Source of the DNA: an uncultured virus (IMG/VR IMGVR_UViG_2721755149_000018)
Taxonomy: Duplodnaviria > Heunggongvirae > Uroviricota > Caudoviricetes
Virus record (IMG/VR): IMGVR_UViG_2721755149_000018
Reading direction: 5' to 3' (one strand)
Length of the DNA stretch: 64,000 nt
Of this stretch, positions 39,896 to 50,038 are shown piece by piece; the stretch's first letter is position 1; each line of letters opens with the position of its first letter. Below the pieces are notes generated by a model. That model ran no database searches. It saw nothing but the letters and a program-made list of their open reading frames with translations, and was not told the origin of the DNA. Made by a program: the position numbers and the translations under genes.

Positions 39896-40390
39896 ATGCC
39901 CCCACGCCGAGGCCACACCCAATCCATCGAAAAACGCACCGACATGGCAGAAAAACAACGTCATGCACTAGAGTTGCGCAACGCCGGCCGCAGCCTCCAA
40001 TTCGTTGCAGACATCTATGGTGTCGACCAATCCACCGTGTCGCGCTGGTGCTCCGCCGCGATCAAAGACATTCCGCGTGAAGCCGCCGAAGAATTCCGGC
40101 AACGACAGTTGTTGCAGTTGGATGCCATGCTCGAAGCGATCTGGGATGACGTGGTTAGCGGGAATCAGCTCAAGATCGATCGGGCACTCGCAATCCTCGA
40201 ACGCCAAGCCAAACTCACCGGCCTCGAAGACCTCGCCAAAATCGAAGCCTTGAAGGCAGCCAAGGGCGACGCCGGCGTAGAAGCCGAATCCATGATCGGC
40301 ACACTCATCGACGGACTCAAAGCCGCCTACGTCAAACAAAAAGAACGCGCAACATCCGACGTGGACGACCTCGACGGAGACGACGAGTGA
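39896..40390 (+). CDS. terminase small subunit (HTH)
   Basis: ALELRNAGRSLQFVADIYGV..STV; ERQAKLTGL; directly upstream of terL. Confidence 0.8.
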   Translation: MPPRRGHTQSIEKRTDMAEKQRHALELRNAGRSLQFVADIYGVDQSTVSRWCSAAIKDIPREAAEEFRQRQLLQLDAMLEAIWDDVVSGNQLKIDRALAILERQAKLTGLEDLAKIEALKAAKGDAGVEAESMIGTLIDGLKAAYVKQKERATSDVDDLDGDDE

Positions 40391-41709
40391 CACTTCCGGC
40401 GCTACCACTCTCGCCGAAACAGATCGCATCAATCGTAGAAGCCGAAGACCACCGACTCACCATATGGTCAGGTGCAGTCCGCGCCGGGAAGACCATCGCC
40501 AGCATCGTCGCGTTCTTCATCGCGGTCAAGAAGGCACCTGACTCCGGTCTCATCCTGATCTGCGGGCGCACCTTGCAGACCATCGAACGCAACATCATCG
40601 AACCGATGCAAGACCCCGCGATCTTCGGAAAGCTCGCATCGGCAGTGCAGCACACCCGGGGCTCATCCACGGCAACAGTGCTCGGTCGGACTGTGCACCT
40701 CATCGGCGCCGCTGATGTGCGCGCAGAAGGAAAACTACGCGGCCTTACGGCGTGCCTCGCAATGGTAGACGAGGCGACACTACTGCCTGAGGAGTTCTTC
40801 ACACAGTTACTCGCGCGACTCTCCGTCCCCGGCGCCAAGTGCTATGTGACCACCAACCCAGGATCGCCGGCAAGCTATCTGAAAAAGAAGTTCATCGACC
40901 GCATGAACGAACCCGACATGAACCTTCGGGTGTGGAACTTCATGATGGACGACAATCCCTCACTGTCACCCGAGTACATCGCGGCAACAAAAGCCGAGTT
41001 CACGGGATTGTTTTACATGCGAAATATTGAGGGCCGGTGGGTGTCAGCCGAGGGTGGCGTCTACGACATGTTCGACCACGAAAAGCACATCATTCCACGT
41101 GGCGACCTACCGCAGATGCAGCAGCTCATAGCCTGCGGAATTGACGTTGGTGCCACGAACCCAACTGCGGCCGTACTGCTGGGCCTGGGGGTGGATAACT
41201 GCCTCTACATCGTCGACGAGTGGTACCGGAAACCGTCGTCAAGTGAAGCATCATGGTCGGACGTTCGCCTATCCAAGGCGCTTCGGGAATGGTTAGCCGC
41301 CGACCACATTCCGCAAACCGACTTGGAACCGAAGTACATCATCGTGGACCCCGCTGCAAAGCACTTCCGGGACCAACTACTCGAGGACGGCGTCAAAACA
41401 GTCGCCGCCAAGAACGATGTACTCGAAGGCATTCGAACGGTCTCCAATTTGTTCTCCACGGAGCAGTTGAAGATCAGTGACCATTGCCATCGGTTGCTTG
41501 AGGAATTGCCAGATTATCGTTGGGACCCGAAGGCCACGGAGCGTGGCGAGGATGCCGTTATCAAGACTAATGATCACGCCGTCGATGCTATGAGGTACGC
41601 CACATTTACGACTCGCAGGCGTTGGAAGCCATACCTGAAAGCCCTTCCAGCGACCGATGCGAACGACTTCGACAGCGATCCACACAGCAAAGCAATCGGG
41701 AAGTATTGA
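40387..41709 (+). CDS. terL: terminase large subunit
   Basis: GAVRAGKT, VDEA, TTNP, GIDVG, DPAA, DHAVDAMRY. Confidence 0.95.
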   Translation: MTLPALPLSPKQIASIVEAEDHRLTIWSGAVRAGKTIASIVAFFIAVKKAPDSGLILICGRTLQTIERNIIEPMQDPAIFGKLASAVQHTRGSSTATVLGRTVHLIGAADVRAEGKLRGLTACLAMVDEATLLPEEFFTQLLARLSVPGAKCYVTTNPGSPASYLKKKFIDRMNEPDMNLRVWNFMMDDNPSLSPEYIAATKAEFTGLFYMRNIEGRWVSAEGGVYDMFDHEKHIIPRGDLPQMQQLIACGIDVGATNPTAAVLLGLGVDNCLYIVDEWYRKPSSSEASWSDVRLSKALREWLAADHIPQTDLEPKYIIVDPAAKHFRDQLLEDGVKTVAAKNDVLEGIRTVSNLFSTEQLKISDHCHRLLEELPDYRWDPKATERGEDAVIKTNDHAVDAMRYATFTTRRRWKPYLKALPATDANDFDSDPHSKAIGKY

Positions 41710-41852
41710 GCAGCACTTGACGCGCCGCATATCAATTCGAATTGAGGATGCGGGTTTGCTAAACTAGGTGGACAATCAAAGAAGTCGGCCCCGAACGGTG
41801 TCCTACCACCACCCGGGGCCTGGGCCGAGACCTATAGGAGAGGTGCCCGACC

Positions 41853-42698
41853 TTGAGTAGCCATGCTACATGCTCTGTCGACGGTTGCAACAATGACCAC
41901 CGCGCCCGCGGTCTCTGCAGTGGTCATTATCAGAGATTGCGCAACACTGGGGACGTGCAGGCAGATAAGCCATTGCGTCAGACTATCGCGCCAACCGAAC
42001 GGTCTGAAACGTGCATCGTCGATGGATGTGACCGCGAGTCCAGGCTAGCCAACCTGTGCGGTGCACACCATCAGCGGAAGATTAGGTTTGGCGATGTGCA
42101 GGCGCACATCCCGCTCCGTCGATCGGCAGCGAAGGATGACGGAACGCGCTGGTGTTCACGCTGCGAGGAACTGCACCCACTCGACGCATTTATGCCGGAC
42201 AGCAGAAACCCAAGTGGCCTATCTGGAGTTTGCCGCGATTCCGACCGTGAATACCGGCGCAAGAACTGGCATAAGTATGCGCCCTACAAGCGTGAGTGGT
42301 ACCACCGCAACAAGGAACATGTGAGGGCCAGGGAGCGTGCGCGTCGTGCCGCAATGGACCCAGAAGAGCGACGTCGCAAAGACCGGAAATGGCGCGAGAA
42401 CAATCCAGAGAAAGTTGCTGCGATAATCCGGCGCCAGAATGCAGTCCGCTCGAAGCGGGTCCGCAACGCGGTCGGTGAGGCAACTACCGCGCAAGTACGG
42501 GCGCGCTGGGACTACTACGGCGGGAAGTGCTGGATCTGTGGGCGCGACGCGACCGACATGGATCACGTCAAGCCGATCGCCGCCGGCGGAAGTAATTGGG
42601 CGTCAAACTTGAAGCCCGCATGCCGCTCATGCAACCGCGCCAAGAGCGCGAAGTGGCCGTTCAAGCCTGAGGATATCGCTCACATTTGGGCTGCCTGA
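41853..42698 (+). CDS. HNH endonuclease with repeated N-terminal Cys/His motifs
   Basis: C.VDGC...LC..H.QR twice; CWICG...DHVKP...GGSN...NL...CRSCN..K. Confidence 0.9.
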   Translation: MSSHATCSVDGCNNDHRARGLCSGHYQRLRNTGDVQADKPLRQTIAPTERSETCIVDGCDRESRLANLCGAHHQRKIRFGDVQAHIPLRRSAAKDDGTRWCSRCEELHPLDAFMPDSRNPSGLSGVCRDSDREYRRKNWHKYAPYKREWYHRNKEHVRARERARRAAMDPEERRRKDRKWRENNPEKVAAIIRRQNAVRSKRVRNAVGEATTAQVRARWDYYGGKCWICGRDATDMDHVKPIAAGGSNWASNLKPACRSCNRAKSAKWPFKPEDIAHIWAA

Positions 42699-42758
42699 TT
42701 ACCATATACGTGGCTGGTACACTGGTGTTGTCGCACACCCCTATCCAAAGGATGTCGA

Positions 42759-43001
42759 GTGTCCCTCGCTGACGAACTTGAAGTAGCCACCAAGCGGCGC
42801 TCCCGCCCCTGCCTCACCGCAGAATGGCTCAACACACAAGATGAGCGGGACAACGCAGCCTTCGCAGAGTTCCTGTCCAGCGGAGGACACATGAGCGCCC
42901 TCTACCGGCGCTGCACCAAATACGGACTCGACGCAGGACTAACCCAATTCAAGGATCACTGCCAGCGTCGATGCTCCTGCCACCGCGGGTCCGCATCATG
43001 A
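42759..43001 (+). CDS. small Cys/His protein coupled to phosphoesterase
   Basis: AAGGA RBS; C-terminal HCQRRCSC. Confidence 0.65.
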   Translation: MSLADELEVATKRRSRPCLTAEWLNTQDERDNAAFAEFLSSGGHMSALYRRCTKYGLDAGLTQFKDHCQRRCSCHRGSAS

Positions 43002-44131
43002 GCCTCGCCGACGACCTCCTCAAGCAACCCACCGCAGAAGAGGTTGCATACAAGCCCCGTACTGAATTCGACGGCGTAGAGGGCGGCTACATTCAGACCG
43101 GGGCACTGCCAGAGCCCCCGAAGTCGCACGCCGAACTGTTGGAGTTCTTCGGATACGACCCGGCCGAAGTGTGTGTCGTGGGTGAGCCTCGCGTATCCCG
43201 CTGGCAGACCTACGATGAGCGTTGGCTTGCGTCGTACCGATTCCAGATCGCCCCGAAGGTCGCTGGTCCGAGCATCGATGAACTGATCGATGACATCAAG
43301 GACCGGAAACGCCACGAGGCGACCAGGGCATCCACGTCAGGCGTGTTCGTCTACCAGGCCGGCGACCTCCAGCTCGGAAAGATCGACGGCGACGGCGTGT
43401 CCGGAACTGTGGATCGCTACTTTGCCAGCCTCGAACGTGCTGTCGCCAACTTCAAGTCGCGTTCCGCTACCGAGTCTATCGGTGCTGCACATCTCGTTTT
43501 CGTCGGTGACTGCATTGAAAACGGAGGGGTATCCCAGGGGGGGAAGTTGGCTTGGCGCCAGTCCCTCACTGTTACCGAGCAGGTGCGGCTGTGGCGACGA
43601 ATTCTGCTCGAAACCGTGAAGGAGTTCGCTCCTCTCGTGGACGAACTGAAGGTGTCGGTGGTGGGTGGCAACCATGATGATGCGACCCGCACCCCGGTTC
43701 AGACACGCGCTGACGACAACTGGGCCACCGAGGGCGCCATTCAGGTTTCCGATGCGCTAGCGGCCAACACTGCGGCGTTTGAGCATGTTGCCGTGCAGGT
43801 TCCGCCGAAGGATCAGGGCTACATGACCGTTGGTGTCGGGGACAGTGTCTTCACGCTGCTCCACGGACATCAGTTCCGGAAGGGACGTGCCGCGGAGTGG
43901 TGGGCGTCCCAGTCATTCCATATGGGAAACCCTGCCGGCGCGCATTTTCTGTGCCACGGGCATTGGCATGAACTTGGTGTGCAGCAGACCGCTTCTCGTA
44001 CCATCATCTGCTCTCCGACGTTCGACGGCGGCAGTGCGTGGTATCGAGACAAGACGGGCGCAGAGTCACGTCAGGGTGGGCTTGTGTATGTCACTCGCGG
44101 ACCTGAGTTCTCTGGTCTGTCGTTGATCTAG
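42998..44131 (+). CDS. Mre11/calcineurin-like metallophosphoesterase
   Basis: GDLQLGK, GDCIE, GNHD, HGH, GHWH. Confidence 0.85.
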   Translation: MSLADDLLKQPTAEEVAYKPRTEFDGVEGGYIQTGALPEPPKSHAELLEFFGYDPAEVCVVGEPRVSRWQTYDERWLASYRFQIAPKVAGPSIDELIDDIKDRKRHEATRASTSGVFVYQAGDLQLGKIDGDGVSGTVDRYFASLERAVANFKSRSATESIGAAHLVFVGDCIENGGVSQGGKLAWRQSLTVTEQVRLWRRILLETVKEFAPLVDELKVSVVGGNHDDATRTPVQTRADDNWATEGAIQVSDALAANTAAFEHVAVQVPPKDQGYMTVGVGDSVFTLLHGHQFRKGRAAEWWASQSFHMGNPAGAHFLCHGHWHELGVQQTASRTIICSPTFDGGSAWYRDKTGAESRQGGLVYVTRGPEFSGLSLI

Positions 44132-44197
44132 TTTCCACGTTCGTTTTTCACAATTTCATAGCGTGCCAGGGCGCTAGTTCTCTAACAGGAGTTCAGC

Positions 44198-45919
44198 ATG
44201 GGTCTTCCCGAAGGTTCGACTAGCGCACCGTGGCCCCCGAAGCCGTTCGACACCGCACAAGACCAATTCCAACTCTGGAACGCATGGTTCTCCAACGACA
44301 CTGATGCGTTGTACGAGTGGTATTCGCAGCCAGGCGCCCACGCACGACCCTCGCAGTATGCGGGCGGCATCGTCGGTCGGGTGGCGCGGTTCTTCTGGGG
44401 TCGTCCGATGCAGCAGGCGACGAAGCGCATCCATGTGCCGGCAGCCTCGGATATTGCGCGTACGGGCGCGGATCTGCTGTTTTCGCAGCCTCCGCAGTGG
44501 GTGCTGTCGGAGTCGGATGTGAAGGGCGGAAAGGCGCAGTTCGAGGCGGCGCAGAAGCGACTTGAGGTGTTGCTCGAATCGTCTGATGTGAACGCGACCC
44601 TTCTGGAGGCGGCGGAGATTCAGGCCGCACTCGGCGGCGTGTACCTACGTTTGTGGTGGGATAAGGATGTGACCCGCAAAGTCATGCTGTCCGCGGTGGG
44701 TGCGGATGGTGCGATCCCCGAATGGCGGTACGGGCAGCTCGCGGCGGTCACGTTCTGGACCGAATGGAAAGACGAAAAGTCCGGTGTGTGGCGCCACCTG
44801 GAACGGCACTCACCCGGTTTCATCGAACACGGCCTGTACAAGGGCGATACAGACACCCTCGGCAGGTTGATGCCGCTCACTGACCGTACCGAAACGGAGT
44901 GGGCGGCCGACCTGGTCGACGCCGAGGGCCGCATCCCGACCGGTGTTAATGGGCTCACCGCTGCCTATGTGCCGAACGTGCGGCCCAGTCGCATGTGGCG
45001 CAGCATCCCCGGGCTCTCACTGCTCGGACGCTCCGACTACGACGGGCTTGAGCCACTGTTCGATGCCCTCGACGAAGCGTGGACCTCGTGGATGCGGGAC
45101 ATTGACCACGGCAAGTCCCGCCTGTTCGTCGATGCCGAAGCACTCGAAGACAATGGCCCTGGTCGTGGCGCGTCGTTCGACCCCGAACAGCCCGTCTACA
45201 CCCCGGTTCCGCGCCCCGGTTTGGGTGATGATCCGACCCGCAGCCTGGTGGAGGCGCAGCAGTTCACGATCCGCTACGCCGAACACCATGCCACGGTGAA
45301 GGATCTTATGACCCGCATCCTCGTCGGCGCCGGCTACTCCGTGTCCGACTTCGGTGACGATGAAATGTCGTCCGCAGTCACCGCAACCGAAATCAACGCC
45401 CGCAAGGATCTCTCCAACCGCACCCGTTCCAAGAAGATCGGCTATTGGCGTTCGGGGATGGAAGAACTTGCCCGAACCATGCTCGAACTCGACGCCGTGG
45501 TGTATGCGGATGGGCGGGAAACGCCGTTTGAGGTGGTTGCGAATCCGGAGNNNNNNNNNNNNNNNNNNNNNNNNNNNNNNNNNNNNNNNNNNNNNNNNNN
45601 NNNNNNNNNNNNNNNNNNNNNNNNNNNNNNNNNNNNNNNNNNNNNNNNNNNNNNNNNNNNNNNNNNNNNNNNNNNNNNNNNNNNNNNNNNNNNNNNNNNN
45701 NNGACGGAGACTCGTGTGCGGACGATTTGGCCGAACTGGTCGAACGATCAGGTGCAGGAGGAGTTGGAGCGCATCAAGGACGATCGAAAGCTGGACGATA
45801 TGCCTTCCGAGTTCGATACTCCCACGTTCGGCGGCGGTACTGATGAAGCTGAGTTTGAGCCGCCGACCCGCCCCGAGGGTGACATGGGTGCGGACGGTGA
45901 CGAACTCGACGGTGCCTGA
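44198..45919 (+). CDS. portal protein
   Basis: Position and size; YVPN...LGRSDY...D.LDE.WTSW; TATEI. Confidence 0.9.
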   Translation: MGLPEGSTSAPWPPKPFDTAQDQFQLWNAWFSNDTDALYEWYSQPGAHARPSQYAGGIVGRVARFFWGRPMQQATKRIHVPAASDIARTGADLLFSQPPQWVLSESDVKGGKAQFEAAQKRLEVLLESSDVNATLLEAAEIQAALGGVYLRLWWDKDVTRKVMLSAVGADGAIPEWRYGQLAAVTFWTEWKDEKSGVWRHLERHSPGFIEHGLYKGDTDTLGRLMPLTDRTETEWAADLVDAEGRIPTGVNGLTAAYVPNVRPSRMWRSIPGLSLLGRSDYDGLEPLFDALDEAWTSWMRDIDHGKSRLFVDAEALEDNGPGRGASFDPEQPVYTPVPRPGLGDDPTRSLVEAQQFTIRYAEHHATVKDLMTRILVGAGYSVSDFGDDEMSSAVTATEINARKDLSNRTRSKKIGYWRSGMEELARTMLELDAVVYADGRETPFEVVANPEXXXXXXXXXXXXXXXXXXXXXXXXXXXXXXXXXXXXXXXXXXXXXXXXXXXTETRVRTIWPNWSNDQVQEELERIKDDRKLDDMPSEFDTPTFGGGTDEAEFEPPTRPEGDMGADGDELDGA

Positions 45920-47046
45920 TGCCGCTGACGCCTAGCTTCGGGGACAAGATCGCCGCCAAAATCGTCGCCCTCTATGCGGCGGGTGAGGAACAACTCTATC
46001 GGTTCCTTGCTAAGTCGTTGCAGGGGGAGCGGGGTTCGGGTGCGAATTGGGCTGCCCGCATGATCATCAAAGTCGGTCCGGTTCGGGTGGGTGTGCAACG
46101 CATCCTGGATCGGTTGCATGGTGAGTCGCGGGTGATGGTGACTGAGGCGATCCGGCAGGCGTGGGAGAACGGCCGCAATGCCGCGTTGGATGATATTCCG
46201 GATGAGCGTGTGCCAGTGTTCAACGTGGATGGTGCGTCGGCGCGGGCTGCGGAGGAGTTGAATCAGCGCCTGGTGGAGACTCGTCCGCGTGCAGCCGAAT
46301 CGGCTACGAGTATTTATCGGCAGGTGATTGAGGATGTGACGCGGGATCAGTCGATCACGTCGGAAGCATCACGGAAACGTCTGGTGCAGCGCGCCCTGGA
46401 CAGGTTCGCGCGTGATGGGATCACGTCGTTCATTGACAGGCGTGGACGGCAATACGATCTCGTGAGCTATGCGGAGCAGGCGGTGCGCACCGCTGTGTCT
46501 GAGGGTGAGATCAACGCTTATATGCAGCAGTTGGTTGCTGCGGGAATTGATCTCGTGGTGATCAGTGACGTGCCCCAGGCTTGCGCCGTCTGTGAACCCT
46601 ACGAATCGCGTATTTTGTCCATCACTGGGGCGACTCGGGCTGCGATCTGGGTTGATCCGGAGACCGGGCGGACTCGTAGTGTGCCCGTGTACGCAACATT
46701 GGCGGAGGCCCGGGCTGCGGGGTTGTGGCATCCGAATTGCCGTCACGTGGCGAAGGGGTGGACGCCGGATAGTCCACTGCCGCCGCCGGCTGATCCGCCC
46801 GACCCCGAGGGATACAAGGCGACGCAGCGGCTCCGGGCATTGGAACGGCGCGTGAGGCGTGGGAAGCGGGTGTTGGCTGCTGCGATGTCACCCGAGGCGG
46901 AAACAGCGGCGAGGCGCAGGATTCGTGGTGTGCAAGCCCAGATCCGTGACCATATTGCGCGCACTGGTGTGCAGCGTAGACGCGACCGCGAACAGTTGCA
47001 CCGGGGCTACGAGTCCACCCCGGATGTTCCGCGATCCACGGATTAG
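45919..47046 (+). CDS. MuF-like minor capsid protein
   Basis: F.DRRGRQY....Y....VRT; C..C..Y; GLWHPNCRH; QR.RALER.VR. Confidence 0.88.
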   Translation: MPLTPSFGDKIAAKIVALYAAGEEQLYRFLAKSLQGERGSGANWAARMIIKVGPVRVGVQRILDRLHGESRVMVTEAIRQAWENGRNAALDDIPDERVPVFNVDGASARAAEELNQRLVETRPRAAESATSIYRQVIEDVTRDQSITSEASRKRLVQRALDRFARDGITSFIDRRGRQYDLVSYAEQAVRTAVSEGEINAYMQQLVAAGIDLVVISDVPQACAVCEPYESRILSITGATRAAIWVDPETGRTRSVPVYATLAEARAAGLWHPNCRHVAKGWTPDSPLPPPADPPDPEGYKATQRLRALERRVRRGKRVLAAAMSPEAETAARRRIRGVQAQIRDHIARTGVQRRRDREQLHRGYESTPDVPRSTD

Positions 47047-47237
47047 GTGTATCAAGCCTCTAGCCTTTAATCGGCTTGACTCAATGCTGTAGACTTTCAA
47101 CTGAGGCAGACGTGACCCCAAATCCGTCCGCAATCCCCATGCCCTGAGTGGCATTCCCCGAACCCGCATTGCCCCGGTGGCGTGCGGGTTTTCTCGTTCC
47201 CGGCCCGGAGCCGGCTCCCGAGGAGACACAACTGAAT

Positions 47238-48032
47238 ATGTCGGAGACCAACGACACCACGACCGAAACCACCGTCGCAGAGACCGTGGCAGAGGACACC
47301 ACCCCCGTTGCCGAAACCGTCGGCGGTGCTGATCAGACCGCCGAGAACACCGACAACACCACCCATGTCGACACCCCCGAGGCAGAGACCGACACCCCCG
47401 CAGACGAACCCGAAGAGCGCACCTACACCAAGGCAGAACTCGACAAGGTCAAGCGGGAAGCACAGAAACTCCGCCAGCGCCTCAAGGACGAAACCGAGGC
47501 TGCCGCCAAGGCTGCAGCCGAGGCATCCGAAAAGGCCATTGCGGAGCGAATCGGGAAGGCCCTCGGCCTCATCCCCGAAGAGAACGACCAGCCTGTCGAT
47601 CCAGCCGTGCTCCTCGAGCAGGCCGCGGAGCGTGAAGCGCAGATCGCCAACGAGCGTGACGCAGCCCGCGCCGAAATCGCCGCCTACCGGCTCGAACAGG
47701 CACTCACCAAGGCCGCCAACAATGTAGACGGCGACCTCGACATCCTCGTTCCCTACNNNNNNNNNNNNNNNNNNNNNNNNNNNNNNNNNNNNNNNNNNNN
47801 NNNNNNNCTCGACAAGCTCGACCCCACTGCCGACGACTACAACGCCCAGGTGGCCGAAATCGTCACGCACGCAGTCGAAGCGAACGCCAAGCTGAAGAAG
47901 GCGGCCCCGGTGGCTGCTCCTGCACGCAGCGGAGGCGACCTCAACGGCGGAGCCGGCGCACCCAAGCGCGGACCCAAATCCGTCGAAGACTTCATCCGCG
48001 AAGCCCGCGAAAAGCGCGCCCGCGACCTCTGA
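47238..48032 (+). CDS. scaffolding protein
   Basis: Acidic N-terminus, coiled coil, upstream of capsid gene. Confidence 0.85.
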   Translation: MSETNDTTTETTVAETVAEDTTPVAETVGGADQTAENTDNTTHVDTPEAETDTPADEPEERTYTKAELDKVKREAQKLRQRLKDETEAAAKAAAEASEKAIAERIGKALGLIPEENDQPVDPAVLLEQAAEREAQIANERDAARAEIAAYRLEQALTKAANNVDGDLDILVPYXXXXXXXXXXXXXXXXXLDKLDPTADDYNAQVAEIVTHAVEANAKLKKAAPVAAPARSGGDLNGGAGAPKRGPKSVEDFIREAREKRARDL

Positions 48033-48049
48033 CCTAGGAGACCGCCGCT

Positions 48050-48967
48050 ATGGCTAATACCTTTCTCACCCCTGACGTTATCGCCGCCAAGGCTCTCGCC
48101 ACCCTCTACGAGAACCTGACGATGCTGCCCCTCGTCTACACCGACGTGTCCAGTGACTTCTCGCGCAGCAAGGTCGGCTCCGTCGTGAACGTGCGCAAGC
48201 CCGCCACCTTCACCGCGAACGAGTTCGATCGCGCCTCCGGTATCACCATCCAGAACGCCACCGAGTCCAGCGTGCCGGTCACCCTGGACAAGATCGCTGA
48301 CGTGTCGTTCGCCGTCACCTCTGAGGATCTGACCCTGCACCTCGAGGACTTCGCGGCGCAGCTCCTCGCCCCCGCCACCGAAGCCATCGCCCAGAAGATC
48401 GACCGGGACATCCTCGCCCTCAAGTCGAACGTCACCCAGGTTGCGGGCACCGGCACCGGCTTCGAGTGGACCAAGCCTGAGGCGCTGATCGAAGCGGATC
48501 GTCTCCTCAACATCAAGAACGTTCCCCCGTCGGAGCGTGCCGCCGTTGTCGGTCCGACCACGCGGGCGAACTGGCTGAACAGCGACATCATCAAGTTCGC
48601 CGACAAGTCCGGTTCCACCGATGCGCTGCGTCGCGGTTCCATCGGTTCGGGCCTGTTCGGGTTCGATGCCTACATGACGCAGAACGTTGCGCAGCCGGCC
48701 CAGTCCCCGACCACGGGCCAGCCGACCACCGAGGTTGGTGTTGCGTTCCACAAGACCGCGTTCGCGTTCGCGTCGGCCCCGCTGGCGCTCCCATCGGACA
48801 CCGGCGAGTGGGCTGCCACCCAGTCCTACAAGGGTCTGAACCTGCGTGTCGTCAAGTCGTACGACATCTCGAAGAAGCAAGATGTGATTTCCGTGGATGT
48901 TCTCTACGGTGTCGACGTTCTGGATGCGAACCGCGCTGTTCTGCTGCGTGGCGCTCTCGCTGCCTGA
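48050..48967 (+). CDS. major capsid protein
   Basis: MANTFLTPDVIA; G..V.VRKP; D.LYG; followed by terminator. Confidence 0.92.
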   Translation: MANTFLTPDVIAAKALATLYENLTMLPLVYTDVSSDFSRSKVGSVVNVRKPATFTANEFDRASGITIQNATESSVPVTLDKIADVSFAVTSEDLTLHLEDFAAQLLAPATEAIAQKIDRDILALKSNVTQVAGTGTGFEWTKPEALIEADRLLNIKNVPPSERAAVVGPTTRANWLNSDIIKFADKSGSTDALRRGSIGSGLFGFDAYMTQNVAQPAQSPTTGQPTTEVGVAFHKTAFAFASAPLALPSDTGEWAATQSYKGLNLRVVKSYDISKKQDVISVDVLYGVDVLDANRAVLLRGALAA

Positions 48968-48982
48968 TCCTTCCACTAGCTT

Positions 48983-49019
48983 CCGCGGCGCCACGACTCT
49001 AGTGGTTGTGGCGCCGCGG
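48983..49019 (+). terminator. terminator after capsid gene
   Basis: CCGCGGCGCCACGAC...GTTGTGGCGCCGCGG. Confidence 0.7.
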
Positions 49020-49283
49020 TTGTGAGGAGACATTGTGTCGTTTGTTTACCGCTATACGGGTTCCGATCAGGAACTCACTGTGCGTTCGGATGTGCGCCGC
49101 TATGACCTGGAGGAGTGGGCGTGCTGGGAGCAGGTCGTGGAGGCTGAAGTAAAGCCTGCCGCCGAACCCGAACCCGAGCCTGTTGCTGTTGAGGTGGAGT
49201 CGGTCGTGGAGGACAAGCCCGCAGAGGCCCCCAAGCGCCGCACCCGCCGCAAGCCCGCCGGCACCGAGGTTGAGGACTAGCCG

Positions 49284-49697
49284 TTGCTGGTCTACGCCAC
49301 GGTCGACGAGGTTGAAGCCTTCACAGGCGAACCCGCCCCCGCCAATGCTACGAAGTTGATTCGTACCGCATCCGGCATGGTTCGTGACATCACCCGACTC
49401 GCACGTTACGACACCCTCCCGAACGGTTTGCCCGAGGACGATGATCTTCGGCTTGCCATGTCGGAGGCGGTGTGTGCGCAGGTGGAGTCGTGGACGGTGG
49501 CGGGGATCGATCCGGTGGCTGGTGTGGCTGGTCGTGAGGTTGCGGTGCAGTCGCAGTCCGCGGATGGGGGTTCGGTGACGTACACGAACCTGCCCAGCGC
49601 GGAGGAGATTCGGTCGGCTGTGTCGACGTTGTGTGATTTGTCGGTGTCGATTTTGCGTGATGCTGGTTTGGTGTCGACGAGGCCGTTGACGTGGTGA
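49284..49697 (+). CDS. head-to-tail adaptor
   Basis: YATVDE; AV.AQ; IL..AGL; synteny. Confidence 0.8.
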   Translation: MLVYATVDEVEAFTGEPAPANATKLIRTASGMVRDITRLARYDTLPNGLPEDDDLRLAMSEAVCAQVESWTVAGIDPVAGVAGREVAVQSQSADGGSVTYTNLPSAEEIRSAVSTLCDLSVSILRDAGLVSTRPLTW

Positions 49698-50035
49698 ATT
49701 ATCCTGCCCGCACCTACCCGAACGGCACCGTGTTGACGGTTGTTCGGCGCGGTGAGGCGGACATTCACGGTGACCGCACCACCGATTCCACACACACGAT
49801 CGGTCCGTGTGACATCAAGTGGCTCAACACCTCGGAAGACAATTCGGAGGGTGAGCAGATCCAGATCACAGGGCAGGTGACTGCCCCGGCTGGGTCGGAT
49901 GTGCTGTCCACGGATGCGATCACGCACCCGGACGGGCGCAAGTTCAGGATCGATGGGGAAGTAACCGCCCTGGCGCCGAATCCGTTCACGGGTTGGGCGA
50001 CTGGGGTGCGGTTCGTGATCGTTCACGCGAGGTGA
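49694..50035 (+). CDS. head-to-tail stopper
   Basis: beta-rich; F.IDGE; synteny. Confidence 0.75.
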   Translation: MNYPARTYPNGTVLTVVRRGEADIHGDRTTDSTHTIGPCDIKWLNTSEDNSEGEQIQITGQVTAPAGSDVLSTDAITHPDGRKFRIDGEVTALAPNPFTGWATGVRFVIVHAR

Positions 50036-50038
50036 ATC

